From Macrostomum lignano (taxonomy: Eukaryota), in the NCBI GenBank assembly GCA_002269645.1, contig NIVC01001839.1, positions 91,595 through 155,594 on the forward strand: a stretch of 64,000 nucleotides of DNA, read 5' to 3'. The notes beneath the pieces are model-generated. The model searched no databases and was not told where the DNA came from. It saw only the letters and a program-made list of their open reading frames with translations. Both the position numbers and the translations under genes were made by a program. This document shows, piece by piece, positions 11,810-23,285 of this stretch (position 1 is the stretch's first letter; the number at the start of each line of letters is the position of its first letter).

Positions 11810-13365
11810 TTAGAATCATGTCAAGATGAGGATAGAATCGGAGATAGAATCATGTCAAGATGACGATAGAATCGGAGATAGAATCATGTCAAGATGAGGA
11901 TAGAATCGGAGATAGTATCATGTCAAGCTGAGGATAGAATCGGAGATATAATCATGTCAATATTAGAATAGAATCGGAGATAGAATCATGTCAAGATGAG
12001 GATAGAATCGGAGATAAAATCATGTCAAGATGAGGATAGAATCGGAGATAAAATCATGTCAAGATGAGGATAGAACCGGAGATAGAATCATGTCAAGATG
12101 AGGATAGAACCGGAGATAGAATCATGTCAAGATGAGGATAGAATCGGAGATAGTATCATGTCAAGATTAGGATAGAATCGGAGATAGAATCATGTCAAGA
12201 TGAGGATAGAATCGGAGATAGAATCATGTCAAGATTAGGATAGAACCGGAGATAGAATCATGTCAAGATGAGGATAGAATCGGAGATAGTATCATGTCAA
12301 GATTAGGATAGAATCGGAGATAGAATCATGTCAAGATGAGGATAGAATCGGAGATAGAATCATGTCAAGATTAGGATAGAACCGGAGATAGAATCATGTC
12401 AATATTAGGATAGAATCGGAGATAGAATCATGTCAAGATGAGGATAGAATCGGAGATAGAATCATGTCAAGATTAGGATAGAACCGGAGATAGAATCATG
12501 TCAATATTAGGATAGAATCGGAGATAGAATCATGTCAAGATGAGGATAGAATCGGAGATAGAATCATGTCAAGATGAGGATAGAACCGGAGATAGAATCA
12601 TGTCAATATTAGGATAGAATCGGAGATAGAATCATGTCAAGCTGAGGATAGAATCGGAGATAGAATCATGTCAAGATTAGGATAGAACCGGAGATAGAAT
12701 CATGTCAATATTAGGATAAAATCGGAGATAGAATCATGTCAAGATGAGGATAGAATCGGAGATAGAATCATGTCAAGATGAGGATAGAATCGGAGATACT
12801 ATCATGTCAATATAAGGATAGAATCGGAGATAGAATCATGTCAAGATGAGGACAGAATCGGAGATAGAATCATGTCAAGATGAGGATAGAATCGGAGATA
12901 GAATCATGTCAAGATGAGGATAGAATCGGAGATAGAATCATGTCAATATTAGGATAGAATCGGAGATAGAATCATGTCAAGATGAGGATAGAATCGGAGA
13001 TAGAATCATGTCAATATTAGGATAGAATCGGAGATAGAATCATGTCAAGATGAGGATAGAATCGGAGATAGAATCATGTCAAGATGAGGATAGAATCGGA
13101 GATAGAATCATGTCAATATTAGGATAGAATCGGAGATAGAATCATGTCAAGATTAGGATAGAATCGGAGATAGAATCATGTCAAGATGAGGATAGAATCG
13201 GAGATAGAATCATGTCAAGATGAGGATAGAATCGGAGATAGAATCATGTCAAGATGAGGATAGAATCGGAGATAGTATCATGTCAAGATGAGGATCGAAT
13301 CGGAGATAGAATCATGTCAAGATGAGGATAGAATCGGAGATAGAATCATGTCAAGATGAGGATAG
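11810..13365. repeat. 34-bp satellite GATAGAATCATGTCAAGATGAGGATAGAATCGGA, left part
   Basis: Period 34; interrupted by the Gypsy element. Confidence 0.95.
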
Positions 13366-13647
13366 TGTGAATTGGCTGTCTTATACCGATTTGAACTATA
13401 CTGCTTTGTGCGTTTGGCTGCTCAAATTTAGCTTACCACTATAGACCCTCCCCCTCCACTGAACTGATCGATTTCTGTTTATACGTACAGTACTCGTACT
13501 TCTTCGCAATGTACATCGTTCGTCCTAACTACATGTACTCAGTTCTATAATACAATATAAAGGACCAACGCGTCAGTTAAGAAACGCTGTTTACAACTTG
13601 CGGCTCAAGCCAATTCAATCGCTTCGTCTCAATCTCAATTCATCACA
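13366..13647 (+). repeat. 5' LTR (282 bp)
   Basis: TGTGAATTGG...TTCATCACA, repeated at 17938. Confidence 0.97.
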
Positions 13648-16600
13648 ATGGCGACGAGGACTTTTGGCCAAATTCCAGAACTTTCAGCTGAATCAGACCT
13701 TGAAATCTACGCTGAGCGCATGAACCAATATTTCATATGCAACAAAGTTGAGACTGCCGAGGCCAAGCGTGCTATCTTTCTTACTGCCATTGGTGAGAAG
13801 TACTACAAATTGCTTCGCGACTTGTGTCAGCCACAGAAACTGACTGAAAAATCCTACGAAGATCTGCAGGACATACTAAAGAAGCATTGCTCGCCCGAAC
13901 CTTCGGAGATCGCCGCACGTTTCAAATTTCAGCAACGTCTTCAGCAAGATGGTGAATCTTTCGCTAACTTCTTGGCAGGGCTGAAAAACGCTGCAAACCA
14001 TTGCAAGTTTGGCGAGTCCCTTCAGGAGCGACTTCGAGATCAGTTTTTGTTCGGAATGAGAAGCGACAATTTCCGCTCTAAGCTACTCGAGAGTTCGGAT
14101 CATTCGTACGCTGGGCTGATCAAACTAGCCTTGGACCTCGAAGCTGCTCACAAATCTTCAAGCGAGATGGCGCACACTTCAGCAACCAATCGAGTCAGCG
14201 CGAATCCATCAGTGGCACGCCCGAGAGCACAGTACAACATCAGCCAACACTCTGGTCCCGCTGGATCAGCATCCAAGCCAGGCACCTGCGACAGCTGTGG
14301 AGGTCCACATTCGCGTCAGAACTGTAAATTCCGTAACTCGAAATGCCATGCTTGCGGGAAGGTTGGCCACATTAAGAAGGTTTGCAGGTCAGCAAAATCT
14401 GTGAAACTCCTGGAGGAGAATGAAACCGGGTCTCAGTACGACGAAAAAAACTACGAGGAAGAGCCAATATTTCATGTCTCAATGACTTCCAAGTCCCCGA
14501 TTCTGGTGCCTCTGCAAATCGAGGAAGTGCAATCTCATTTTGAGCTGGACACAGGATCTGCTGTAAGTCTCGTTCCCAAGGCATTCTATGATAGCCATCT
14601 GTCTCATCTGCGACTGCATCCGTCCAAGACGACTCTGCGAACCTACACGGACCAGGAGTTCTCTCCGATCGGAGAAGTAACAGTGAAGGTCACTTACGAA
14701 GGGCAGGAAGCTTCTCTGCCGCTACTCGTGGTGTCTGAAGGCAGCGCTCGACTCCTGGGACGCAACTGGCTAACCGTCATCCGCCTAGATTGGCCTCGCT
14801 TGACAGCACCCGTCAACTCGTTGATCGCAGCACCTAACGATATGGCTACTGAGCTGGTCCGTCAGTTTCCGGATGTCTTCGCCGAGGGTCTCGGTAAGTA
14901 TCGCCTCAGTGAAGTCGACCTTCATTTACAAGAAAATGCTACGCCAAGGTTTTACAAGGCGCGACCGATTCCCTATGCTCTGCGTGAGACCGTCGATTTA
15001 GAGCTTCAGCGCATGGAATCAGAAGGGGTCATCACTCCAATAGCGACTTCTCAATGGGCTGCCCCGATTGTGCCAGTAGTAAAGAAGGACGGGTCTGTAC
15101 GAATCTGCGGAGATTACAAGTGCACATTCAACCAGGTCGCAAAGCAAGAGCACTACCCGCTGCCGAGAATCGAAGATTTATTTGCGAGACTGGGTGGCGG
15201 CCACAAATGGAGCAAACTCGACCTGGCAAAGGCATTTCTGCAGCTCCCAATATCAGAAGACAGCAAACAGTACCTCGTTATCAACACTCAACGTGGACTG
15301 TTCAAGGTGAACCGCCTGCCATTCGGTATCTGCTCGGCCAGTGCAATTTTTCAACGCATCCTTGACAGTCTGCTCGGGCATCTCAACGGCGTCCAGGTTT
15401 ATCAGGACGACATCCTGGTTACCGGGTCTTCACTGGCGGCTCACAAAGAAAATCTGCTGCAAGTCCTGCACAAGCTTCAAGAGGCCGGACTGCGTCTCAA
15501 CGTCGCCAAGTGTGCTTTCTTCCAAGACTCCATCGACTATCTGGGCCACCGAATTGACCAACACGGGCTGCGGCCGCTCGAGAGCAAGGTCGACGCCGTT
15601 CAGAACGCGCCGGCTCCGAAAGACGTATCTCAGCTGCGATCCTATCTGGGAATGCTGACGCATTACGCCAAGTTTCTTCCCAATTTGGCATCAGTCGTGG
15701 CGCCGCTTAATCAGCTCTTGTCGAAGGGCGTCAGCTGGCTTTGGAGCGACCGCGAGAACGAAGCCTTCCAAGCATCGAAGCGAATGCTGCTCGAATCAAA
15801 AGCTCTGATGCACTTTGACCCAAATCTGCCGATTCGTCTCGAGTGCGACGCTTCCGCGTACGGCATTGGCGTGGTTCTCAGTCACCGGGTGGGCGGTCAG
15901 GATCACGCGATCGCATTTGCTAGCAAGTCGCTGACTTCAGCCCAGCGAAACTATTCTCAGCTAGATAAGGAGGCACTAGCCATAATCTACGGTGTCCAAC
16001 GCTTCCACCAATTCCTCTATGGGCGGCACTTTACGATTGTCACTGACCATCAGCCTCTGCTGGGATTGCTGGGCCCAGACAAAGAGATTCCGACACGTGC
16101 GGCTGCCAGGATGCAGCGATGGGCCATCCGTCTATCTGGATACCGGTACGCCATGGAGTTCAGGCCCACCCAGAAGCACAGCAATTGCGACTCTCTTTCT
16201 CGATTGCCTCTAAAAGGAAACTTTATTGAAGAAGAGGCGGTGCACTCGCTCACGCTCGAGGAGGACTCTTCCATTGCTGTGACTGCGGCTTTGGTCGCCA
16301 AAGCAACTCTGGCTGACCCTATACTGTCCAAGCTGCTTCGCCTTCTGCAATCCGGAGAGCGACTATCCGGAAAAGAATTTCCAGAGTTTGCTCATCAGCA
16401 AAACGAGATGACCATCGAAGCCGGCTGCTTACTCTGGGGGACTCGCGTTATAATCCCGGAGTCCCTGCGCAAGGCCGTCCTACAGGAACTCCATTTGGCT
16501 CACACCGGTGCCAGTCGCATGAAAGCCCTGGCACGCAGTTTTGTTTGGTGGCCAGGGCTGGACAAGGACTTGGAGCAGTTGGCTAGAACATGCGAAACCT

Positions 16601-17625
16601 GCAAGGCTCACCAGTCTGATCCAGCCAAAGCTCCGGTGCATCCTTGGATATTTCCCAGCGAACCTTGGAGCAGAATTCACTTGGACTTTGCTGGTCCTGT
16701 TAATGGGCGAGTCTACCTGGTCATCATGGACGCTCACAGCAAATGGCCCGAGGTTCGTCTAGTCAAGGATACTTCAGCAGACAGCACCATCGCACATCTC
16801 TGTGAAATCTTCAGCCGTCTGGGCCTACCAAGAATTATTGTCTCCGACAACGGGCCTCAATTCATTTCCAGGGAATTCGCAAGCTTTACACGCAGCAACG
16901 GCATTCGGCATGTCACGTCAGCGCCTTACCATCCTGCCACGAACGGTCAAGCTGAAAGATTTGTACAAACACTGAAGCTGCACATCAGGAAATCCGGTCA
17001 CTCCGCCGCTGCTTTGCAACGCTTTCTCTTCGCCTACAGGGTAACGCCGCATTCGACTACAGGCACCTCTCCCAGCGAACTGCTTCTGGGACGTCGGCTG
17101 CGCTCCAGACTGGACCTTCTGCGGCCATCTCTAGTAGACCAAGTGCGCGATCGGCAAGAGGCTGCTGCTGAGTCCCAGCGCCGCACCCGGTTCTTCGGGA
17201 TCGGCGACAATGTTCGAGTGAAAGGATTCGGCAAGGAATCCGGCTGGCTGCCTGGAGTGGTCGTCGCGGCGTCGCAACGGAACTACGATGTTCGAGTTGG
17301 CACCAGCATCGTCCGGCGGCACGTTGACCAGATGCTGCCTGATTCGGCGCAGCCTCCGCCATCCGCCGCTGACTCTCAACACCTCGGCACCAGCATCTCG
17401 ACTCCATCGTCGGCGCCTCCGGCTCTAGATATTCTGAGCCCCGCGGCTGTCTCCGAGCCCGCTATCCAGCCACCATCGGAGGAAAGAGCCGCGGTCCCCA
17501 CAGGCCCGGCAGACAAGGCGGCAGCCGCGGACGCGGACGTACCTGACCAGTTGCCAGAGGGTGCGACCCGCCGATACCCGCCTCGAATTCGGTCATGTCC
17601 AGAGCGACTTCAAGTGGGGGTGTGA
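13648..17625 (+). CDS. Gag-Pol polyprotein, 1325 aa: Gag, two zinc knuckles, protease, RT, RNase H, integrase
   Basis: Knuckles CDSCGGPHSRQNC and CHACGKVGHIKKVC; protease LDTGS; RT YQDD; RNase H CDAS and DHQPL; integrase H-H-C-C plus LDFAGP, SDNG and NGQAER. Order PR-RT-RH-IN is Gypsy. No env or chromodomain. Confidence 0.97.
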   Translation: MATRTFGQIPELSAESDLEIYAERMNQYFICNKVETAEAKRAIFLTAIGEKYYKLLRDLCQPQKLTEKSYEDLQDILKKHCSPEPSEIAARFKFQQRLQQDGESFANFLAGLKNAANHCKFGESLQERLRDQFLFGMRSDNFRSKLLESSDHSYAGLIKLALDLEAAHKSSSEMAHTSATNRVSANPSVARPRAQYNISQHSGPAGSASKPGTCDSCGGPHSRQNCKFRNSKCHACGKVGHIKKVCRSAKSVKLLEENETGSQYDEKNYEEEPIFHVSMTSKSPILVPLQIEEVQSHFELDTGSAVSLVPKAFYDSHLSHLRLHPSKTTLRTYTDQEFSPIGEVTVKVTYEGQEASLPLLVVSEGSARLLGRNWLTVIRLDWPRLTAPVNSLIAAPNDMATELVRQFPDVFAEGLGKYRLSEVDLHLQENATPRFYKARPIPYALRETVDLELQRMESEGVITPIATSQWAAPIVPVVKKDGSVRICGDYKCTFNQVAKQEHYPLPRIEDLFARLGGGHKWSKLDLAKAFLQLPISEDSKQYLVINTQRGLFKVNRLPFGICSASAIFQRILDSLLGHLNGVQVYQDDILVTGSSLAAHKENLLQVLHKLQEAGLRLNVAKCAFFQDSIDYLGHRIDQHGLRPLESKVDAVQNAPAPKDVSQLRSYLGMLTHYAKFLPNLASVVAPLNQLLSKGVSWLWSDRENEAFQASKRMLLESKALMHFDPNLPIRLECDASAYGIGVVLSHRVGGQDHAIAFASKSLTSAQRNYSQLDKEALAIIYGVQRFHQFLYGRHFTIVTDHQPLLGLLGPDKEIPTRAAARMQRWAIRLSGYRYAMEFRPTQKHSNCDSLSRLPLKGNFIEEEAVHSLTLEEDSSIAVTAALVAKATLADPILSKLLRLLQSGERLSGKEFPEFAHQQNEMTIEAGCLLWGTRVIIPESLRKAVLQELHLAHTGASRMKALARSFVWWPGLDKDLEQLARTCETCKAHQSDPAKAPVHPWIFPSEPWSRIHLDFAGPVNGRVYLVIMDAHSKWPEVRLVKDTSADSTIAHLCEIFSRLGLPRIIVSDNGPQFISREFASFTRSNGIRHVTSAPYHPATNGQAERFVQTLKLHIRKSGHSAAALQRFLFAYRVTPHSTTGTSPSELLLGRRLRSRLDLLRPSLVDQVRDRQEAAAESQRRTRFFGIGDNVRVKGFGKESGWLPGVVVAASQRNYDVRVGTSIVRRHVDQMLPDSAQPPPSAADSQHLGTSISTPSSAPPALDILSPAAVSEPAIQPPSEERAAVPTGPADKAAAADADVPDQLPEGATRRYPPRIRSCPERLQVGV
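13649..13660 (+). promoter_or_regulatory. Primer-binding site, complementary to tRNA-Ser(GCU) 3' end
   Basis: TGGCGACGAGGA lies one base after the LTR and is complementary to ...UCCUCGUCGCCA (tRNA-Ser GCU 3' end, recalled from memory). Confidence 0.8.
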
Positions 17626-17926
17626 TGAGTGACTGTGCGGAAGCTGACAATGATCTTGAACTGACTTTTCGCAAATTCTCCTGTCTTTCATGCAACCCAT
17701 TATTACGTATGTTTCTCCAATACAAATTATTGATTCACTACTAATTCTAGTTTTCGACAATGCAATATTTCGCTATTTTGTTCGACACAATTTTATTTCC
17801 TTACTTTTCATCTGCTCTGCAATTGTGTTTGCTAATTCGATTGTTTTCCAATACTACAATACTACATGTACGCTATCGTCGATTCGCTTTTCGTAAAAAT
17901 TCATCTCATTGATCCCACTTCCCCTT

Positions 17927-17937
17927 GGGGAGGGAAG
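17927..17937 (+). promoter_or_regulatory. Polypurine tract
   Basis: GGGGAGGGAAG immediately 5' of the 3' LTR. Confidence 0.9.
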
Positions 17938-18219
17938 TGTGAATTGGCTGTCTTATACCGATTTGAACTATACTGCTTTGTGCGTTTGGCTGCTCAAATT
18001 TAGCTTACCACTATAGACCCTCCCCCTCCACTGAACTGATCGATTTCTGTTTATACGTACAGTACTCGTACTTCTTCGCAATGTACATCGTTCGTCCTAA
18101 CTACATGTACTCAGTTCTATAATACAATATAAAGGACCAACGCGTCAGTTAAGAAACGCTGTTTACAACTTGCGGCTCAAGCCAATTCAATCGCTTCGTC
18201 TCAATCTCAATTCATCACA
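17938..18219 (+). repeat. 3' LTR (282 bp)
   Basis: Copy of 13366-13647. Confidence 0.97.
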
Positions 18220-18560
18220 GATAGAATCGGAGATAGAATCATGTCAATATTAGGATAGTATCGGAGATAGAATCATGTCAATATTAGGATAGAATCGGAG
18301 ATAGAATCATGTCAAGATTAGGATAGAATCGGAGATAGAATCATGTCAAGATGAGGATAGAATCGGAGATAGAATCATGTCAAGATGAGGATAGAATCGG
18401 AGATAGAATAATGTCAAGATGAGGATAGAATCGGAGATAGAATCATGTCAAGATGAGGATAGAATCGGAGATAGAATAATGTCAAGATGAGGATAGAATC
18501 GGAGATAGAATCATGTCAAGATGAGGATAGAATCGGAGATAGAATCGAAGATAGAATCTT
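18220..18560. repeat. 34-bp satellite, right part
   Basis: Resumes in register after the TSD. Confidence 0.95.
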
Positions 18561-20344
18561 GTTGAAATGATATAATTCTAAGATAGAGTGGTATGCTAGT
18601 AGCGCAGAACGGCCTCAATTCGCATGACTAACACTGGATGTTGTTAACCAGCATTCATCTTGCTTCGCTGTCAGTCGCAGAAAAGTGTTGACCAACAATT
18701 TTTGATTCCCTCTCGACATCATGCAATGCAGTTTCTTTACGCCCCGAGATCCCAGCCAGCTCAACTGGGATAAACTTCCCCGATCCCAATTCTTGACTGG
18801 GATATTTTTCCTTTCTAAAGCAATCCTATCTCTGCATTAGTAAAGAAAAGTTGACTAAGCTTGTAACTTATTTTGCTTTTGCAGACTCTCTATTAGTTTG
18901 GAAAAGTTTTTTTTTTCCGAAAAGACGAAGGCCCAGCCGAGTTAATCGATGCGAATAAACAAAGTTTATTAATTTTCAGGTCAAGACTGACTGATCGAGA
19001 GGGAGATGGGGGCAGAAAGGAAGGTTGAGAGAGGAGAAATAGACGGACTTTTTGCCTTTGTCTGACAGTTTCAGAGATAAGAGAGTTATCAGTTGAGCTC
19101 TGCTCTAACGCAGCCCTTGGTGGCCAGTGGCCCAGTGAAATCTCGGCTTGGCTCTGCTCGTGCAATAAACGCCCAGCTTGAGGGCCAACAACCCCCAAGG
19201 CACAGTAAAATGTACATGTCTAACGATAAATAAAGTTAGAACCGCTGTACACTCCTGTGTGAGTGTGTGCCTGTGCGTATTTGTGACTGCTCATGGTAGC
19301 CGATTTAACAATTTGATAAGTTTAAGGGGTGCAGAGCTCAGCACCGCCTAATCAAGTGTGACATAAATTTGATTTGCTAACGATTTTGCACTCCCCCGAA
19401 GTGAAAGGGATTGAACGATATACGTAACTAATCCCAAAGTGGGATTCAATCGGTACTGGGCAATGTTGGTGTAGGCTAAGTATGTATCAGATGTCCCATC
19501 GGAGAATACATGCTTAGATTTAGATGAAGAGATTAACATGGAAAAGGTTGAGATTATTTTTGAAAGATGGTTTTAAGATCGATGGAACGAAGTTGAGATT
19601 ATTTAGGAGAGTAAGGGTGAGATTATTAGAAGAGGGGCTAGATTATCGTTAAGTGGGGGGAGATTCTCGAGGAGAAAGGAATGAGATTGTCGGAGAGATA
19701 GGGGTGATATTATTGGGGAGATTGAGGAGAGATTAGCGGAGAGATTGGGGTGAGATAATCAAGAGATATGAGTGAGATTATCGGGGAGATTAGGATGAGA
19801 TTATCGGGGAGATAGGGGTGAGAAAAAATGATTGAGATTATTATGGAGAAAGTGAGCGATTAGCGGGGTAAGAGGGTAAGAGATCGTCAATGAGCTACAG
19901 ATTATAGGAGAAAGAAGGTGAGATTAGATTGAATGAAGACTAACTGATCCATTGAGGCAGGGCAGACAAGTTAGAAAAAGTAATTGCAGGAAAGTGTAAT
20001 GCCAAATATAGTAAACCTTAAAATTGCTTATTAGTCAAATTTGTGACAGTCACGAAGCGGCTTGGCTTGTTGTCCCATAGCGGAACTTGCGGAGTAGCTG
20101 TTCAACAGCAAAAATATGCGAATTAAACAGATTTTCTAATACCAGCTAGCTCAGCTCTGCTCAAGCTGAAATGAAATTTTCCCGACTGAATGATTCTCTT
20201 TAAGTGAGGTTTTATTATAAAGTAATTTGATTAACTGATGAATGCGTGGGATAGATTGGCATTGGCATGGCGAACAAGAAAAACAGAAGGAATTTTAACA
20301 TTTTGCTTTCTAAGAATCGAAGAGATGACAGGATCTCCATATAT

Positions 20345-20990
20345 CTCCCTCTCCACCTACCTCCCTCTCCACCTACCTCCCTCTCCACCTATCTTCCTCT
20401 CCACCTATCTCCCTCTCCACCTATCTCCCTCTCCACCTATCTCCCTCTCCACCCATCTCCCTCTCCACCTATCTCCCTCTCCACCCATCTCCCTCTCCAC
20501 CTATCTCCCTCTCCACCCATCTCCCTCTCCACCTATCTCCCTCTCCACCCATCTCCCTCTCCACCCATCTCCCTCTCCACCTATCTCCCTCTCCACCCAT
20601 CTCCCTCTCCACCTATCTCCCTCTCCACCTATCTCCCTCTCCACCTATCTCCCTCTCCACCCATCTCCCTCTCCACCTATCTCCCTCTCCACCCATCTCC
20701 CTCTCCACCTATCTCCCTCTCCACCTATCTCCCTCTCCACCTATCTCCCTCTCCACCCATCTCCCTCTCCACCTATCTCCCTCTCCACCCATCTCCCTCT
20801 CCACCTATCTCCCTCTCCACCTATCTTCCTCTCCACCTACCTCCCTCTCCACCCATCTCCCTCTCCACCTATCTTCCTCTCCACCTACCTCCCTTTCCAC
20901 CCATCTCCCTCTCCACCTATCTCCCTCTCCACCTATCTACCTCTCCCTCTTCATCTCTCCTATCTCCCTCTCCCTCTCCATCTCTCTCAT
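20345..20990. repeat. C-rich 16-bp minisatellite CTCCACCTATCTCCCT
   Basis: Direct reading; explains the ORFs at 20238 and 20267. Confidence 0.93.
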
Positions 20991-21091
20991 CCCTTATTTT
21001 CTTCAATATAAAAAAGCAGACATGAATTGCAGTTCACTGTCTTCTACTTATCTCCCTCTCTTCCTCTCCATTGAACCTCTTCGTTGCTCCT

Positions 21092-21094
<3 letters not shown>

Positions 21095-21165
<71 letters not shown>

Positions 21166-21300
21166 TATATTCAATTTTCCCTGACGCATTCGAAATATCG
21201 GCAAATAACTCCTCTTGAACTTTTTTGTTTGTCTTGGTGCTTTGCCGTGTCAGCGCCTTAGGGTTTGGAGGCTCTCTCTCTCTCTCTCTCTCTCTGTCTC
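21095..21300. repeat. Two (CT)n microsatellites, about 21095-21162 and 21271-21300
   Basis: Direct reading. Confidence 0.9.
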
Positions 21301-21860
21301 CCTCTTTCTCTTTCCACTCACCTTGTATCCACAGTTCTTGCACAAATGCGTTATAAATAAAAGTCAGTCTTTTGATTCTTGACTACCTGTGCATGCCGCT
21401 TGAGCTGATCATGCAAATATTCATTTAGGCAACTCATTTAGCTCACCTGTGCCTTTTCGTGGGCGGTAATTAGGGCTGAATAAAGTTGGTTTCTTTGAGA
21501 AAAAAGGTTTCTACTTTTCTTTGAATAACGACAATGCTCTCTTTGAAGGAATTACTTTTTTATAGAGGGAAAGAAAAAGTGAAAAGTGCAAGCGGATGCC
21601 GGGGGTGAAAGCGTTAGAATCCTGTTTGCTGGAAAGTTAAAAGGCTCTTTTATATTGGCCTCTATTTTCATTCTCCCAACAGTTTCGCGTCTTACCGTCC
21701 ATTCATCCTGCAGGATGGCAGCTGAGGGAATAAATTCTGTGCAAACCAATCAGAGTTCTTCAACTCAGTTGTTCCTGCTTGCTTCAATTGGATGTGTCTG
21801 TCAGGACCCCGTTGATGTGAGAAGGAACAGCTTTCCAAATTCGCTGCTGACGTCAAAGGT

Positions 21861-22316
21861 AAGCTGATTGAATAATGATTTGATGAAGGAGTCAAGCTGG
21901 TTGAATAATGATTTGATAAGGAAGGCCAGCTGATTGAATAATGATTTGATAAGGGAGAGGAGCTGATTGAATAATGATTTGATGAGGGAGGGGAGCTGGT
22001 TGAATAATGATTTGATAAGGAAGGCCAGCTGATTGAATAATGATTTGATAAGGGAGAGGAACTGATTGAATAATTATTTGATCTAGGAGGGGAGCTGATT
22101 GAATAATGTTTTGATATGAGAGGCGAGCTGATTGAATAATGGTTTGATGAGGGAGGGGAGCTGATTGAATAATGATTTGATGAGGGAGGCGAGCTGATTG
22201 AATAATGATTTGATAAAGGAGTTAAGCTGGTTAAATAATGATTTGATAAGAAGGCCAGCTGATTGAATAATGATTTGATATGAGATGCGAGCTGATTAAA
22301 TAGTGATTTGATAAGG
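21861..22316. repeat. 33-bp minisatellite GCTGATTGAATAATGATTTGATGAGGGAGGGGA
   Basis: About 14 diverged copies; explains the minus-strand SNHYSISS-repeat ORF. Confidence 0.9.
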
Positions 22317-22812
22317 TAGGAAGGTAGGTAATTCGAGCTATCGTCTGTCCTTAATCTCATTGGGATTAACGTGCTCGGTGAACTCTAGGTGTCTGTAAAA
22401 TCGAATTTTCGACCCGTTCTCTCATTTCTGACTTCGACAGCCACGCAGCCTCTTCTAATCTGTGATCTCCACTACAGTCTTAATTAAGGGCCTCCCGACC
22501 CCCGCTAAGCTGGACTTTTGGCTGCTCTCTTATTCGACTCGAAGCCCTCTCAGTCTCAGCGCCAACCTCTAACTACAAAATAGTGTAGATGGGGTGACTA
22601 ATGCAAATAGAAGCACGAACGAGGAAGCTGTCTGCGTAACATACGAGCGATATTGAAGTCGTCCGTTTGTTCTTTTTCTATTCTAGAAGCCAGCAAGCTC
22701 ACCGTAGTGCGTCTGTTTGCTTTGCTGACTGAGTGAAGCATCCCTTTCACTCTCTTCTCCAACAATATTTCTTGTTCCGAACGGAACAGGATAAAGGCTG
22801 AGAGAAAGATTA

Positions 22813-22866
22813 ACAGACTGACAGACAGACAGACACTAAGACAGCCAGACAGACAGACAGACACTA

Positions 22867-22935
<69 letters not shown>

Positions 22936-23122
22936 CTAGGACAGGCAGACAGACAGACAGACAGACAGACAGACACACACACAGACACACAGACACACAG
23001 ACAGACACTAGGACAGACAGACAGACAGACAGACAGACACACACACAGACACTAGGACAGGCAGACAGACAGACAGACAGGCAGACAGACACACAGACAC
23101 ACAGACAGACACTAGGACAGGC

Positions 23123-23179
<57 letters not shown>

Positions 23180-23203
23180 CACAAACACACAGACAGACAC
23201 TAG

Positions 23204-23266
<63 letters not shown>

Positions 23267-23285
23267 GCTAGGACAGGCAGACGCA
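22813..23285. repeat. (GACA)n microsatellite with CTAGGACAGG variants
   Basis: Direct reading. Confidence 0.93.

Larger units (their letters stand above)
13366..18219 (+). mobile_element. Full-length Ty3/Gypsy LTR retrotransposon, Mag-like
   Basis: LTRs at 13366-13647 and 17938-18219 (TG...CA, 282 bp each, no difference seen by eye). TSD GATAG at 13361-13365 and 18220-18224. PBS TGGCGACGAGGA, PPT GGGGAGGGAAG, single gag-pol ORF. Confidence 0.98.

Noticed and set aside
14372-17725. Short alternative-frame and antisense ORFs in the Gypsy element, and likewise over lgl exons 5-6
   Set aside because: They are shadows of GC-rich coding sequence with no independent motifs.
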